NCBI RefSeq assembly: GCF_009914755.1
Contig: NC_060935.1
Reading direction: 5' to 3' (one strand)
Source: the human T2T-CHM13v2.0 reference genome, Homo sapiens
Length of the DNA stretch: 64,000 nt
The translations under genes and the position numbers were made by a program. The stretch's first letter is position 1, and every line of letters begins with the position of its first letter. Shown piece after piece: positions 40,710 through 54,764 of this stretch. The notes under the pieces were generated by a model that saw only the letters and a list, made by a program, of their open reading frames with translations, was not told the origin of the DNA and ran no database searches.

Positions 40710-41045
40710 ATAGGAAGATGAGTAGGACAATGTTCCTGATGACAAAGAGGTCATAGTCATATGTCAGACTAGTAAGGTAACTGGCAACTGCAAGAGAATG
40801 TAATAGCAGCTCCATTGCCTGCACACATAGTGTTCTATGGGAATAACATGAGAAGCACAGATGTAGGGAGCGTATGTTAGCCTGAGGCAAGCACATTGCA
40901 AGAGAATTGTGAACAATAGCTAAGGCATAAGCCCTGGACAGTGGAGGAAATAGGGCTAAAGGATATTCCAACCATACATAAGCCGCCAAAGCAAGACAGA
41001 GAGACAAGATAGAACACTGAGTGCTTAAAAACTACAAGCACACTG
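40710..41045 (-). mobile_element. L2 fragment
   Basis: aggacaatgttcctgatgacaaagaggtcatagtc...tgttctatgggaataacatgagaagcac...ggatattcca. Confidence 0.5.
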
Positions 41046-41999
41046 CAGAAGAGACCTGGTGACCTGAAAGGGTTTTTTTGTTTTGTTTTAAATACAAAGG
41101 AATACAGAAATGGCTACATGCTCTGATTCTCCTTCACTGTGTGTGTGTGTTGGGGCGGGTTGGGGGGCAGCATGTAAATATGTAACGGGCTTCCTGATGA
41201 CTGTGCATTCAAACTAAAATTTCACAGAAAAGTAATCGGAAGGGCCAAAAGTTCATTATGGTTGATTTTTGCTTCTCTCTTGTTTTTTTAAGCACAAAAA
41301 CAGTCAAACAGAAAGACTTTTGTCAGACATCTGCCACCTCCAGTAACTTTTTGGAATGATTACAAAAATGCATATCCCAGTCATAAAGATTTAACAAAAT
41401 ATTCTCCTGCCATTTATAGTAATGCTACCAAATGACAAGTTCAAATTACTTGTTGTGATTACTCTTCATCTGGGCAAAACACATGTTGTAATGTATTCAC
41501 AAGATGCAATTACATCAACTTCCATGACATGGAATAACAACACCGGAAAAAAGCTAATCACACACAATACACATACTGTTTAGATTTTTCCCAACCACGT
41601 TTTTTTTTTTTTTCTATATTGCAATCTGTTCAACATTTGGACTAATCACTTACTCTTTTTTTTTGTTTTGTAATATGCAAGGTATCAGTGGAGTTAGACA
41701 AGTGTCAAAAAAGTCAATAAAATGATTATCAATGTATATTCCATATTTGCACATTTCAACGATATCTAAAAGAGATAGTGGCCTCATCATATTCGCAGGT
41801 AATACTATTAGACTACTTACAGAATTTGGTTTTGTGACAATTTTAAAGGAGAAATCATTCTGTAAGACAAAATAAAATATATTCTTCAAGAATAGTTTTA
41901 GCAACTCTATCCTGGATATTTTAATAAGTGGCTTGTAATTTTTCTGCATTAATAAAAGAATGCGGCATACTATGTTTAAAATATTCTACATTCATTGAC

Positions 42000-43160
<1,161 letters not shown>

Positions 43161-45530
43161 ACAGGTAAGTACTGTGGAGTTTTGAAACCCTTAAAAATTA
43201 CAGTCTACTAGATGTGAGCTGGGGCCCTGAATCGGTATTTTTCTTAATTTCTTCAAAAGATAATGGACTACTTAGGGCAGAAATAAAAACAATTTATCAT
43301 GAAGCAGAAACAGATATAAAACTAAGCACAGTATCGATAGCACGAAGAACAGGAAAAGAGTAAATTGAAGTCTATTGTGATAATCTTCATATACATGAAA
43401 TAGCATAATATTAATATGTGGTAAACTATAGTAAATTAAAAATGTATACTGCAAAGTCTAGAGTAACACTAGCAATATAAATATATAAAGATGCATACTT
43501 AAGAGCCAATATTTTAAATAAAATGGAATAACAATTTACTCAAATAACTTTTTTTAAAAGACAGGAAACTGGAACAAAAACAATGGCACAAATAGAAATA
43601 TACAAACTGATTAAACATAAAAGAAGGGAAAAAAATGCTACGCCAACACAAGTCCCAAGAAAGCCAGAGTGGCTGCTTTAGTATTAAGCAAAGTAGGCTT
43701 CTGAGCAAAAAATATTATTAGCAATTTAAAGAAAGCTATAATGATAAAAACCTCAATCTATCAAGAGGATGTGTATAAATGTGTATGTGCCTAAAATGGA
43801 ATGCCAAAATATGTAAAGCAGAAATGGACAAATCTGAAGAAAACATACACAAATCAACCAAATTATAGTTGGAGACATTAAAAATCCCTCTTTTATTAAT
43901 TGAGTTAATAGCCCCAAAATTTCAGTAAATATAGAGAAGACTTCAACAATATCAGCAAACTTGTCGTAATTCAGAGTTACGGAAGATTCTACTCAAATAG
44001 CAGCAAATGTGTATCATCTTCAAGAGCACAAGAAACACTGAAATACGAACCAAGAAAGATCATATGCTATACCAAGAAACAGTTCTAAATAAGTTTTAAA
44101 GGATTGAAATAACATATAGTACGTTCTTGATCATGACAAAATTAAATTTTGAAATTCTACAATTATGTGGAAGTAAAGCAACACATTTCTAAATATCCAT
44201 GGGTTACAGAAGATATCACAAGTAAATTAGAAAACATTTTTAACTAAATGAAAATAAAAATACAACATATCAAAATTTGTGGAATCCATTTATAAAAATA
44301 TTGATATTAAAATTTGCTTACACTATAAAAAAGAAAGACTGCAAATCAACGAAATAAGCTTCTATTAAAATACAGATGAATAAAACAAATTAAGTACAAA
44401 ATAAACAGAAGAAATAGCAATAAACAAATATTTAGAAGTCAACAAATAGAAAATGGAAACAATAGAAAAATGAACAACAAAATCAAGGACTGTTTTTGGA
44501 AAATATCTATAAAATTAAAATTTTTAAAAAGACCAAGAACAGTTGAATTTGTCAATAAAAACAGAGAAAGTACAAGTTACCAATACCAAAAACGAAAAGG
44601 CAGCATTACCACTTGCCTTAGAGGGATACTAAAAAAAAATAATAATAACGGATTGTTATGATCAAATTTATGACAATAGTTTTTTTTATAAACTTAAGAG
44701 ATGGGCAGTTTTTTGAAAAATAAAATGTGCTAAGACAGACATAAGAAGAAACAAAACCATGGTAGCATATTAAATTAAAATGTTAATAAAAATTTTATAA
44801 TTAAACTATGTTCTAAAAAGAGAACTGCAAGCCCAATGGCTTTAATAGTAAATTTTATCATACATTTAAGGAAGAAATGTAACCAAGCTTTCCAAATACT
44901 TCAGAAAACAGAGGAAGAGTGGGTGGCAGCCAAGATGGCAGACTACAAGCAGCCAGAGTGTGCTGCTCTCACCCAGAGAAATGGAAGAAGCGAGTAAACA
45001 CAGTACCTTCAACTGAAACATCCAGGTACATGCATTTGGATTAATCAAGGAAACAACTCAACCCACGGAGAATGGAGAAAAGCAAGGCAGTACAACAGCA
45101 CACCCAGGGGCAGGAGGGACAGGGAGCCAGGGGAACCTCCCTCCACCAAGGAAAGGTGAGTGGATGAGCAACCCTGGGAATCCACGCTTCTTCCAGGGAT
45201 CTTTGCACCTCTTGAGTCAGGGGATCCTCTCATGAACCCAGTAGGTTCTTCTAGTCTGACTCACAGGGCTTCAGTCTGACTCACAGAACTATGTGCTGCT
45301 CATGCACACATGGAGACGGGGAACCTTAGATACCTGGGCTTTCCCAGCTTCAAGGCAAAAGCAGCTGCAACTCCAGCAAAGCCAGAAGTTAGGCCTCTGT
45401 ACATATCCCTAGGAAAGGAGCTGAATCCAGGGGGCTGAAAAGCAACAGTCTGCAGGCCCTGCTTCCATAGCACCTCATACAATAAATCCACTAGCCTGGA
45501 ACTTCAGCCAGCCACCAGTAGCAGCATTAT

Positions 45531-47600
45531 ACCTCCCTGAGATGGAGCTCCCGGGTGAGACCGCCATCTTTGTTGTTTGGGTGACTTAGCCAATCCTGCC
45601 TTTGGGCTTTGGAGAGTCCAAGGCAACTGGGGACTGGTGCACCCTCAGCATAGCACAGCTGCTCTACAAAAACATGGCCAGACTGCTTTTTAAGCATGTC
45701 CCAACCCTGTTTCTCCTCACTACGTGGGACCTCCCAACTGTGGTCTCCGGCTACCCCTACCGGTGTTTTCCAGCTGACAGAGGTTTCAAACCTCCCTGGG
45801 ACAGAGCTCCCAGAGGCAAGAGTGGGTCGCCATCTATGTTGTTTGAATGACTTAGTTGTTCTGGCCTTCCGGCTCTGGAGAGTACGAGGCGACCAGGGCC
45901 TAGAGCAGACCGATAGCACAGCACAGCTACTTTATGAAAATGTGTCCAGACTACTTTTTAAAGCGGGTCCCTGATCCTAGTCCTCCCCACTGGGCAGGAC
46001 CTCCAAACTGGGGTCTCCAGCCACCTCCTACAGGTGCATTTGGGCTGGCAATAAGTCCATACCTCCCTGGGATGGAGCTCCCAGAGAGAGGGTCAGGCCA
46101 TCACTTTGCTGTTTTGCAGCCTTCACTGTTGATACCTTCAGATACCTGAAAATCTGAGGTGCCTAGGGACTGGAGTGGAACCACAGCATACAGCAGCAGC
46201 CCTACAGAAGAGTGGCCAGACTGTTACGTGGGTGCCCATTCCCATATCTCCTCACTGGGCAGGTCCTCCAGGCCTGGGCTTCCTGCCACCTGCTGCGGTT
46301 GCTATTGAGCCAGGAGCAGTTCTGCAATTTCCTGGACAGAGCTCCCAGTAAGAGGGGTGGGTTGCCATCTCACCTGTCTTACAGTTCTTGCTTATGCTGT
46401 CTCCAGGCTTGGGATAGTCTGTGGGGACCAGGGGCTGATCTGGACCCCCAGCACAGAGCAACCAATTCACAGAAAAGTGGCTAGACTGTTCTCCATGCAG
46501 ATCCTTGTCCTCACTTCTCTTCACTGGGCAGGGGCACCCGCCCTGGAACTCTAGGACAACCAATCCTGCTCCTGCATGATCACCACAAACAGGCTGTCCA
46601 GCATTTACCCAAGGAGGAAATCCCAGCGTCAACCCACAACCCCTCTTTCACTACAGTTGAAGTGGTACAGCCCCAACAGCCCTTGGCCTCAGAAGGAACG
46701 AAAGGCCTAGTCATCATGCTAGCACCTCCAACATACTACAGCCACCATACCGAGAGGAGTCCAGCTACTCTTCCCTCGGAACCCCCACTCTACTCTTCAC
46801 CAGACAGGGCTCCTGGTTCATGAATGTAGAACTGTTGCCACACCCATGGCTAACCATACCCACTGGTAACAGTCTGGAGCTTCTCCAGGAAGAGGCTCCC
46901 AGAGGCATACAACAGCCTGTCTGCCAATGCCACCATAACAGTTCTATCCCTGCTGCCTATGGTCTGGGGAAAAAACTAAGAGGCTGCTACACCAGTGTAC
47001 AGCATACCACAGACACCATACAGAGAGGAGACCTCTCTCTCCTCCCTGTGAGCCTTTGACCCCCTGCTGCACAACAAGTGGAGAACCAAGCTCATGCCAG
47101 TAGTGCAGCTGCCCCCACCTCTCTGGCTGAACACCCCCAGTAACAGTGGCTCTGCATTTCTTGGGGGCGAAGGCCCCAGGAGCAACTGAAAGCCTCTGTG
47201 CCACTGTCTCTGCCGTGGAAGTACCCTTGCTACCCTCAGACTAACGAAGGAGTAAGGACCCTAAGTACCTTAACCAGACCTCCAACAAACTGCAGTTGAC
47301 TCAAGGAGAAGGTGGCCAGTTTGTCTCCCGTGGGTCCCACCCTGCTCATCATGACAGGGAACCCTGAGCTTGGGCCCACAGCACAGACTGCCCATCCCAG
47401 GCTGATTGACCTGAGCGATTGCTGACCTGCATCTCTCTGGGATGGAATCCCCAGGAGACAAGAAAAAGACCCTTGGCCACAACCACTATGAAGGTCCTTC
47501 CCTCTTCTGCCTCCAAGTTGGGGAAGGAACAAAAACCCTGAGATCACCCCAGAGCTGCAGTGGGCAGCCCAGGAGTCAAGCTGCAATCTACAGTCAGTAG
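45531..47600 (+). repeat. Diverged tandem array (~260-275 bp period) in L1 5'UTR
   Basis: Unit head acctccctgRgaYRgagctccc at 45531, 45790, 46061, decayed at ~46326; weaker heads at ~46600, 46878, 47155, 47430. Confidence 0.75.
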
Positions 47601-48895
47601 ATCATCATGATTCAGAAGAATAGCAAAACTCAATCCAAGCAAACTAAGAATCACAATCAAATGACACAGGGGCTGAAGGACAAAATAGCCAGTATAAAAA
47701 AGAACCTAATGGATCTGACAGAGCTGAAGAACACAATGCAAGAATTTCATGATGTAGTCACAGGTACTAACAGCAGAATAGACCAAGCTGAGGAAAGAAT
47801 CTCAGAACTTGAAGACTGGCTTTCTGAAATAAGACACTCAGACAAAAACTGAAGAAAAAACTTTAAAAAGAATGAACATAATCTCCAGGAGATATGGGAT
47901 TTTGTAAAGATGCCAACTACTAATCACTGGCATTTCTGAAAGAGATGAGGAAAAGGTAAACTTGGATAACATGTTTCAGGATATCACCCATGAAGACTTT
48001 CCCAACTTTGCTGGGGAGGCCAACAGTCAAATTCCGGAAATGAAGAGGACCCCTGCAAGATTCTACACAGGAGGATCATCTACAAGACACATAACCATCA
48101 GATTTTCCACGTCTGAAATGAAAGAAAGAATGTTAAAGGCCGCTAAAGAAAAAGGGCAGATCATCTACAAAGGGAACCCCATCAGGCTAACAGCGGCCCT
48201 CTTGGCTGAAACCCTACAAGCCAAAAGAGACTGGGGGCCTATATTCAACAATCTTAAAGAAAAAAGTCTTCAACCAAGAACTTTATATCCAGCCAAACTA
48301 AGCTTATAAGTGGAACCATTTCAGATAAGCAAATGTAGAGGGAGTTTGTTACCACCAGACCTGCCTTACAAGAAATCTTGAAAGGGGCACTACATATAGA
48401 AAGGAAAGACCTTTATTAGCTAATACAAAAACACACTTACATTCACAGGCCAGTGACACTATAAAGCAACCACACAAACAAGCCAGCATCATAACCAGCT
48501 AACAACACAATGACAGGATCAAATCCACACATATCAATACTAACCTTGAATGTAAATGGGCTAAATGCTCCACTTAAAAGGCACAGAGTGGCAAACTAAA
48601 TAAAAAGGCAAGATATGCTGTTTTCCAGAGGCCCATCCCACAACTAGTGACACCCATGGGCTCAAAATAAAGAGATGGAGGAAAATCTACCAACCAAATG
48701 GAAAGCAGAAAAAAGCAGCAGAGGTTATAATCCCAATTTCAGGCAAAGCAGACTTCATATCAACAAACATAAAAAAAAAAAAAGACAAAGAAGGGCATTA
48801 CATAATACTAAAGAGTTCATTTCAACAAGAAAGCCTAACTATCCTAAATATACATCCAGTCAATACAACAGCACCCAGATTCATAAAGCAAGCTG

Positions 48896-49201
<306 letters not shown>

Positions 49202-51217
49202 AAAGCAAGTTCGTAGGCACCTACAAAGAGATGTAGACTCCCACACAATAATGGTGTTAGACTTCAACACCATACTGACAGTATTAAACAGATTATCAAG
49301 GCAGAAAATTTACACAGATATTCAGGACCTGGACTCCACAATGGACCACATGGATCTGATAGACTTCTACAGAACTCTTCATCCAAAAACAGCAGAATGC
49401 ATATTCTTCTCATTGCCACATGGCATGTACTCTAAAATCAACCACATGATTGGACATAAAACAATCCTCAGCAAATGCAAAGGAACTGAAATTATAACAA
49501 ACACACTCTCCGACCACAGCACAAATAAAATAGAAGTCAAGACTAAGAAAATAACTTAAAACCACAACTAGATACCACCTCACACTAGTGAGAATGGCTA
49601 TTACTAAAAAGTCAAAATGTCAATCTCTCCAGCCTGTGGCCAGGTTGTAGAGAAAAGGGAACAGCTGTACACTGTTGGTGTGAATGTAAATTAGTTTAAC
49701 CATTGTGGAAAGCAGTATGGTGATTCTTCAAAGGGCTGAAAACCAAACTACCATTTGACCCAGAAATACCATTACTGAGTATATACCCAGACAAATATGA
49801 ATTATTCTACCATAAACATACACATGAATGTTCATTGCACCACTATTCAAATTAGCAAAGACATGGAATCAACCTAAATGCTCATCAATGATAGATTAAA
49901 GAAAATGTGGTACATATACACCATGGAATACTATGCGGCCATAAAAAAGAATGAGATAGTGTTTTTTGCAGGAACATGGATAGAGCTGGAGGCTATTATC
50001 CTTAGCAAACTAACACAGGAAGAGAAAACCAAATACAGTATGTTCCCAGTGGGAGCTGAATGATGAGAACTCATGAACACAAAGAAGGGAACAATAGACA
50101 CTGGGGTCTACCTGAGGGTAGTGGGTGGGAAAAGGGAGAGGAATAGAATAAATAACTATTGGTTACTAGGCTTAGTACCTGGTTGGCAAAATAATATGTA
50201 CAACAAACCCCCATGATATGAGTTTACCTATGTAACAAATCTGCACATGTACCTTCAAACCTGAAATAAATGTTTAAAACAGAGATCTGAGCAGGCTAAC
50301 AGAACTAATAATAAACTTATGTGTCACAGAAGAAAATAGAGAAAGAACTTGTCAACTCAATTTATGAGGCCAGTGCTATCCTGATATCAAAATATCTAAA
50401 AAGATATATAAAAATATATATTTTATAAGACATATATATTATATATCTTACATATAAATATAAATATTTTAAAATTTTTTATAAATATATATAAATATAA
50501 AGGGGAGCAGAGAACAATATCCATCATGAACATACGCAAAAAAGTCTTTGAAATAATAGTAATGTATCAAATCTAGATCACAGAATTAGTAGCTAAGAAT
50601 GTTATAACAGCTATTGTAAATGAATATGTTAATGAAGGTAGAGGAGAGCATAAACATGATGAAAATAGAGAAACAGTATATTTTTTAAAAAAGGCCCAAA
50701 GAAAATTTCTAGAAATCAAAAAATCTAGTATCTCAAAATAAAAATTCATTAGATTTAAAAAATACAGGCTAATCAGATAATGCAAAAGAAAGCAATGACT
50801 TATAATAGAAAATTTCAACATTGAAGCATGCACATGTGCGCACGCATGCACACACACAAAATCATTGAAATAAAATTAATGGGATCAGTGAGCTGTGGGA
50901 CAATATTAAGTGACCACACTGACATATAATTGAAGTTCCAGAAAAGAAAGAAAAAGAGGAGTTGAACAGAACAACCATTGTCAAAATTCAATATCTATTC
51001 ATAATAAAACTTGTTGGAAAACTAGGATTAGAAAGGAATTTCCTCAACCTGATAACAGGCATATATAATAATTATACAAATAATATTATATGTAATGGTA
51101 ACAGAATGACTGATTTCCCATTAAATGTGCTTTCACTATTTCTATTTAAAATTATACTAATATTTTAAGATAGTATGATAAAGTAAGAAAATTAAAGGCA
51201 TAAAAAAGTATAAATAT

Positions 51218-51555
<338 letters not shown>

Positions 51556-53249
51556 TTAAATCTAACGAAAATATCCTTATTTAGCAAGATTATAAGTTAC
51601 TTGGGTAAATTTACCAAAACCTATTGTGTACCTATAAGCAAATGGGAAACAACATTGAAAACTACAACATCCTGAAAATAGTTTATCTTAAAAGACCCAA
51701 ATAAACAACGACGTATATTTATAAATTATATTGTTAAGACTGCATTATATTATTATCAGTACACCAATTATTTCTGACTTGATCTCTCTCTCTCTCTTTT
51801 GATCTATACAATACCAATCCAATTCCCAGTGGGCATTCTTGTAGAAATTGACAATCAATTATAAAATTTATATATAAAGAACATAGAATGACAAATATAT
51901 ATTTTTAATGTCAAAAATAAAGTTGGAAGACTCATGATACTAACTTCTAAACTTATTACAGTAATCAACACAATGAGGTATTAGCAAAGAGATAAATCAA
52001 TACACAGAACTGAATAAATAGACCATAAATTGACTAACACTTATACAATTGATTAATTTCCTACAAAGTCACCAAAACAAAGGGTAAGAAAATTTTTTTC
52101 AACAAACGGTGCTAGTGCTGGAACGATTGGGCATCCATATCAAGTACAGGGGTAATCTTGATATTTACCTCATAGTGTATGGAGAATATATTTTTAGATC
52201 AAATATACACCTAAACATAAATGCTAAAATTCTAGAAAAACATATGGAAAAATATCTGTGAGGTAGGAACAGGCAAAAAAGAAAAAGAAAAAGAGTTTAG
52301 GCAAGCAAAATAACACCAATACATTGATATAATCGAATTTATCAAAGTTAAACCTGTTGCTTATCAAAAAGCTCTGAAATAAAATCAATATGTAAGTCAT
52401 AGACTGGGGACATATTCACAAAACATACTTGACAAAGGACTTTTATCCACAATATATTAAAAACATTTACAACTACGTTACAAATAGACAAACACAATCT
52501 AATTAAAACTGGTCAAAACACTTGAATAGATCAATAGGAAAGACAAAGAAATGGCCAATAAACACATTAAAAAGTGTACAACATGATTAACACTTACAGA
52601 AATGCAAATTAAAATCAGAATAAGATATTACTACACATTTCTTGGAATGGTAAATTTTTTAAAGTAAAGCAACCTCAAATATTCATGAGAATGTGATTTG
52701 CTGGTGAAGATGTAAGTTACACCTATTTAGAACATTATATCTAGCTACATGCTCCAGCAATACCAATCTTAAGTATTTGTCCAAAAGAAATGAAGACATT
52801 TACTTAGGCAAATCTGAGCTCACTAAAACTTCTAGTGAACATCAATCAGATCTGTTACAGTTCTTAAAATTCACTGTTTAATGATCCTTTTATGAGTTGG
52901 ACTTTGGCAATACAGCTGTAATGCATTTTATTCAAGTGATTTCCCTGAATAGGTTTATCCAATTATCCAGTCACCACCCCTGTTTAATTAGAAGTCGGCA
53001 TGTGGTAAGAAATTGGGCTACAGTCGAGTCATTCCTGTTTTCATAGACATCTGACTTTTATTATATAATAGATTCTATAATGCACACAAAGAGCTAGAAG
53101 AAATGTTCTCATTTCTGTAACAGACAGTCATTTGTCCCCTATTTCTAAGTAGGAGCAGATATGAAATAAGATGCTACATTATGTGCAGAGAAGTAGGGAT
53201 ATTTTCCTCTGTACATGGAAATACTTTAACCCCTCTCTGCCCATATACA

Positions 53250-53709
53250 CATGCGGTCCATTGGTTGTCTTCCCAGCAACTATTCTACTCCAAACATTTT
53301 CACTAAGCTTTTCATAGGAATTCAAATATCCTTGCTAGTGATTGTTTAGAAAGGGGCATATACATCAATCTTAATCAATGAGGTATTAAAAATATCTACT
53401 CGGGCTTCTGGGGAAAAAGCCATCATTTCTAAGAAAGAGATACAGGAAGAAGCATCCATATGTGACATCTGGACATGCAGAGACTATCTTACTATAGCCT
53501 GAACATAAAACTTACACCAAGCAGTCAGAGAGGAGAAATGGAAAGCATCTTGGCCCTTGAAGATATTGTTGCACTGCTAATTATATTAAGATTAGCATTC
53601 CTCCTACCCTTAGTCTTGTAGTAGGTGAGATAATTAATTTCCCTATTTGGTAAACATTTATGAATCAGATTTTCTATTAATTGTAACCAAAGGCATCCAA
53701 AGAGATACA
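53250..53709 (+). mobile_element. MLT1I/J-like MaLR LTR
   Basis: gggcttctggggaaa...agaaagagatacaggaagaa...tggcccttgaagatattgttg...ttttctattaattgtaaccaaaggcatccaaagagataca. Confidence 0.7.
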
Positions 53710-53839
53710 CAAACACAAAGAAACTGTGTTCTAATTGTTAGCTACATGTGGAATTTGGTGGACTTTTGCAAGTTAGCCTGGTGTCTGAGCCATCCTTTAC
53801 CTGATTGTCACTTTTGTTTTCATACTATTGAAAAGAGAA

Positions 53840-54070
53840 AAGGTGCAGTGAAAAAGGACGGTGACTTTGAGTTACAACATTCTGGGTTGGGTTTAGTTTG
53901 TTCACAAACTACTGTGTGATCTTGGAAAATAACCTTGTTGAATCCTGGTTGCTCCTTTTGGAAACTTTTGTGGAGCTTCTATACAAATTGAATGGCATAA
54001 TACATGTAAGACATTTAACACAGGGCCTGGCAAAGAAGAGGTGCTTGAAATGAATTGGCTGTTATTAGTA
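53840..54070 (+). mobile_element. MIR SINE
   Basis: gactttggagtta...ctgtgtgatcttggaaaa...aaattgaatggcataatacatgtaagacatttaacacagggcctggca. Confidence 0.7.
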
Positions 54071-54511
54071 TGGGAAAAAATAATCAAGCAGCTGACCCAT
54101 AAATGGTATTCAAATAAACAGCATATTTATAAGCCGGGATGTATGTGCTCATTTTGTGGGCAAGAATAGAATACTTGATAGAGCAGATGAGGTTAGAACT
54201 AGATAGCAGGCCAAGCAAGTAGGAGTAAAATAAAATAATAATAATAGCGTTCCATATGTTGAATATCTGAGTTTTGCACTAGTACTACTTTTACTTTACA
54301 GGTGAGAAAATTAATGCCTAGAGTAGTCAATAAATTTTAGTCAATATCGCATAGCAGTAAATGGCAGAATCATTGCTCATCCCAAGATTCTCTGGCTCCA
54401 AACACCTTGTTCAAAACCTAATCTAGGTTTCTAAATTTGTTTGTTGTGGTTTTCTCTGATGCTGATACTGGTCAAAGTGCTCAGCAATGAGAAACTCTCT
54501 CAACCACTCTT

Positions 54512-54652
54512 TGTGTGTGTGTGTGTGGAGATGGGGGGGGGGGGGTCTCACTATGTTGCCCAGGCTGGTCTTGAACTCCTGGTCTCAAGTGATCCTCCCA
54601 CCTCAGCCTCCCAAAGTGCTAGGATTACAGGCATGAGCCACCACAACTGGCT
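54512..54652 (-). mobile_element. FLAM_C-like Alu monomer; tail is (TG)n and contains a G run
   Basis: gtctcactatgttgcccaggctggtcttgaactcctggtctcaagtgatcctcccacc; TSD 13/15 ctctcaRcYactctt 54497-54511 and 54651-54665. Confidence 0.88.
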
Positions 54653-54764
54653 CTCAGCTACTCTTGATATAATTATTCAAATCCTTCTCTCATAAAGATA
54701 GCTTAAGCAAATAAATATAGCAGAAAAGGTTTACCACCTGAACTCAATTGAATATAGCTTCTCA

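Noticed and set aside
41100-41950. Possible enhancer with Hox/Cdx-like motifs (gtcataaa, gtcaataaaa); similar unique islands near 4300-5100 and 23560-24100
   Set aside because: Short AT-rich motifs are uninformative here without conservation or chromatin data.
45531-47600. CRISPR-like array or repeated gene cluster (dense ORFs, periodic motif)
   Set aside because: Whole units are homologous rather than repeat plus unique spacer; lies within an L1 5'UTR; ORF density reflects higher GC.
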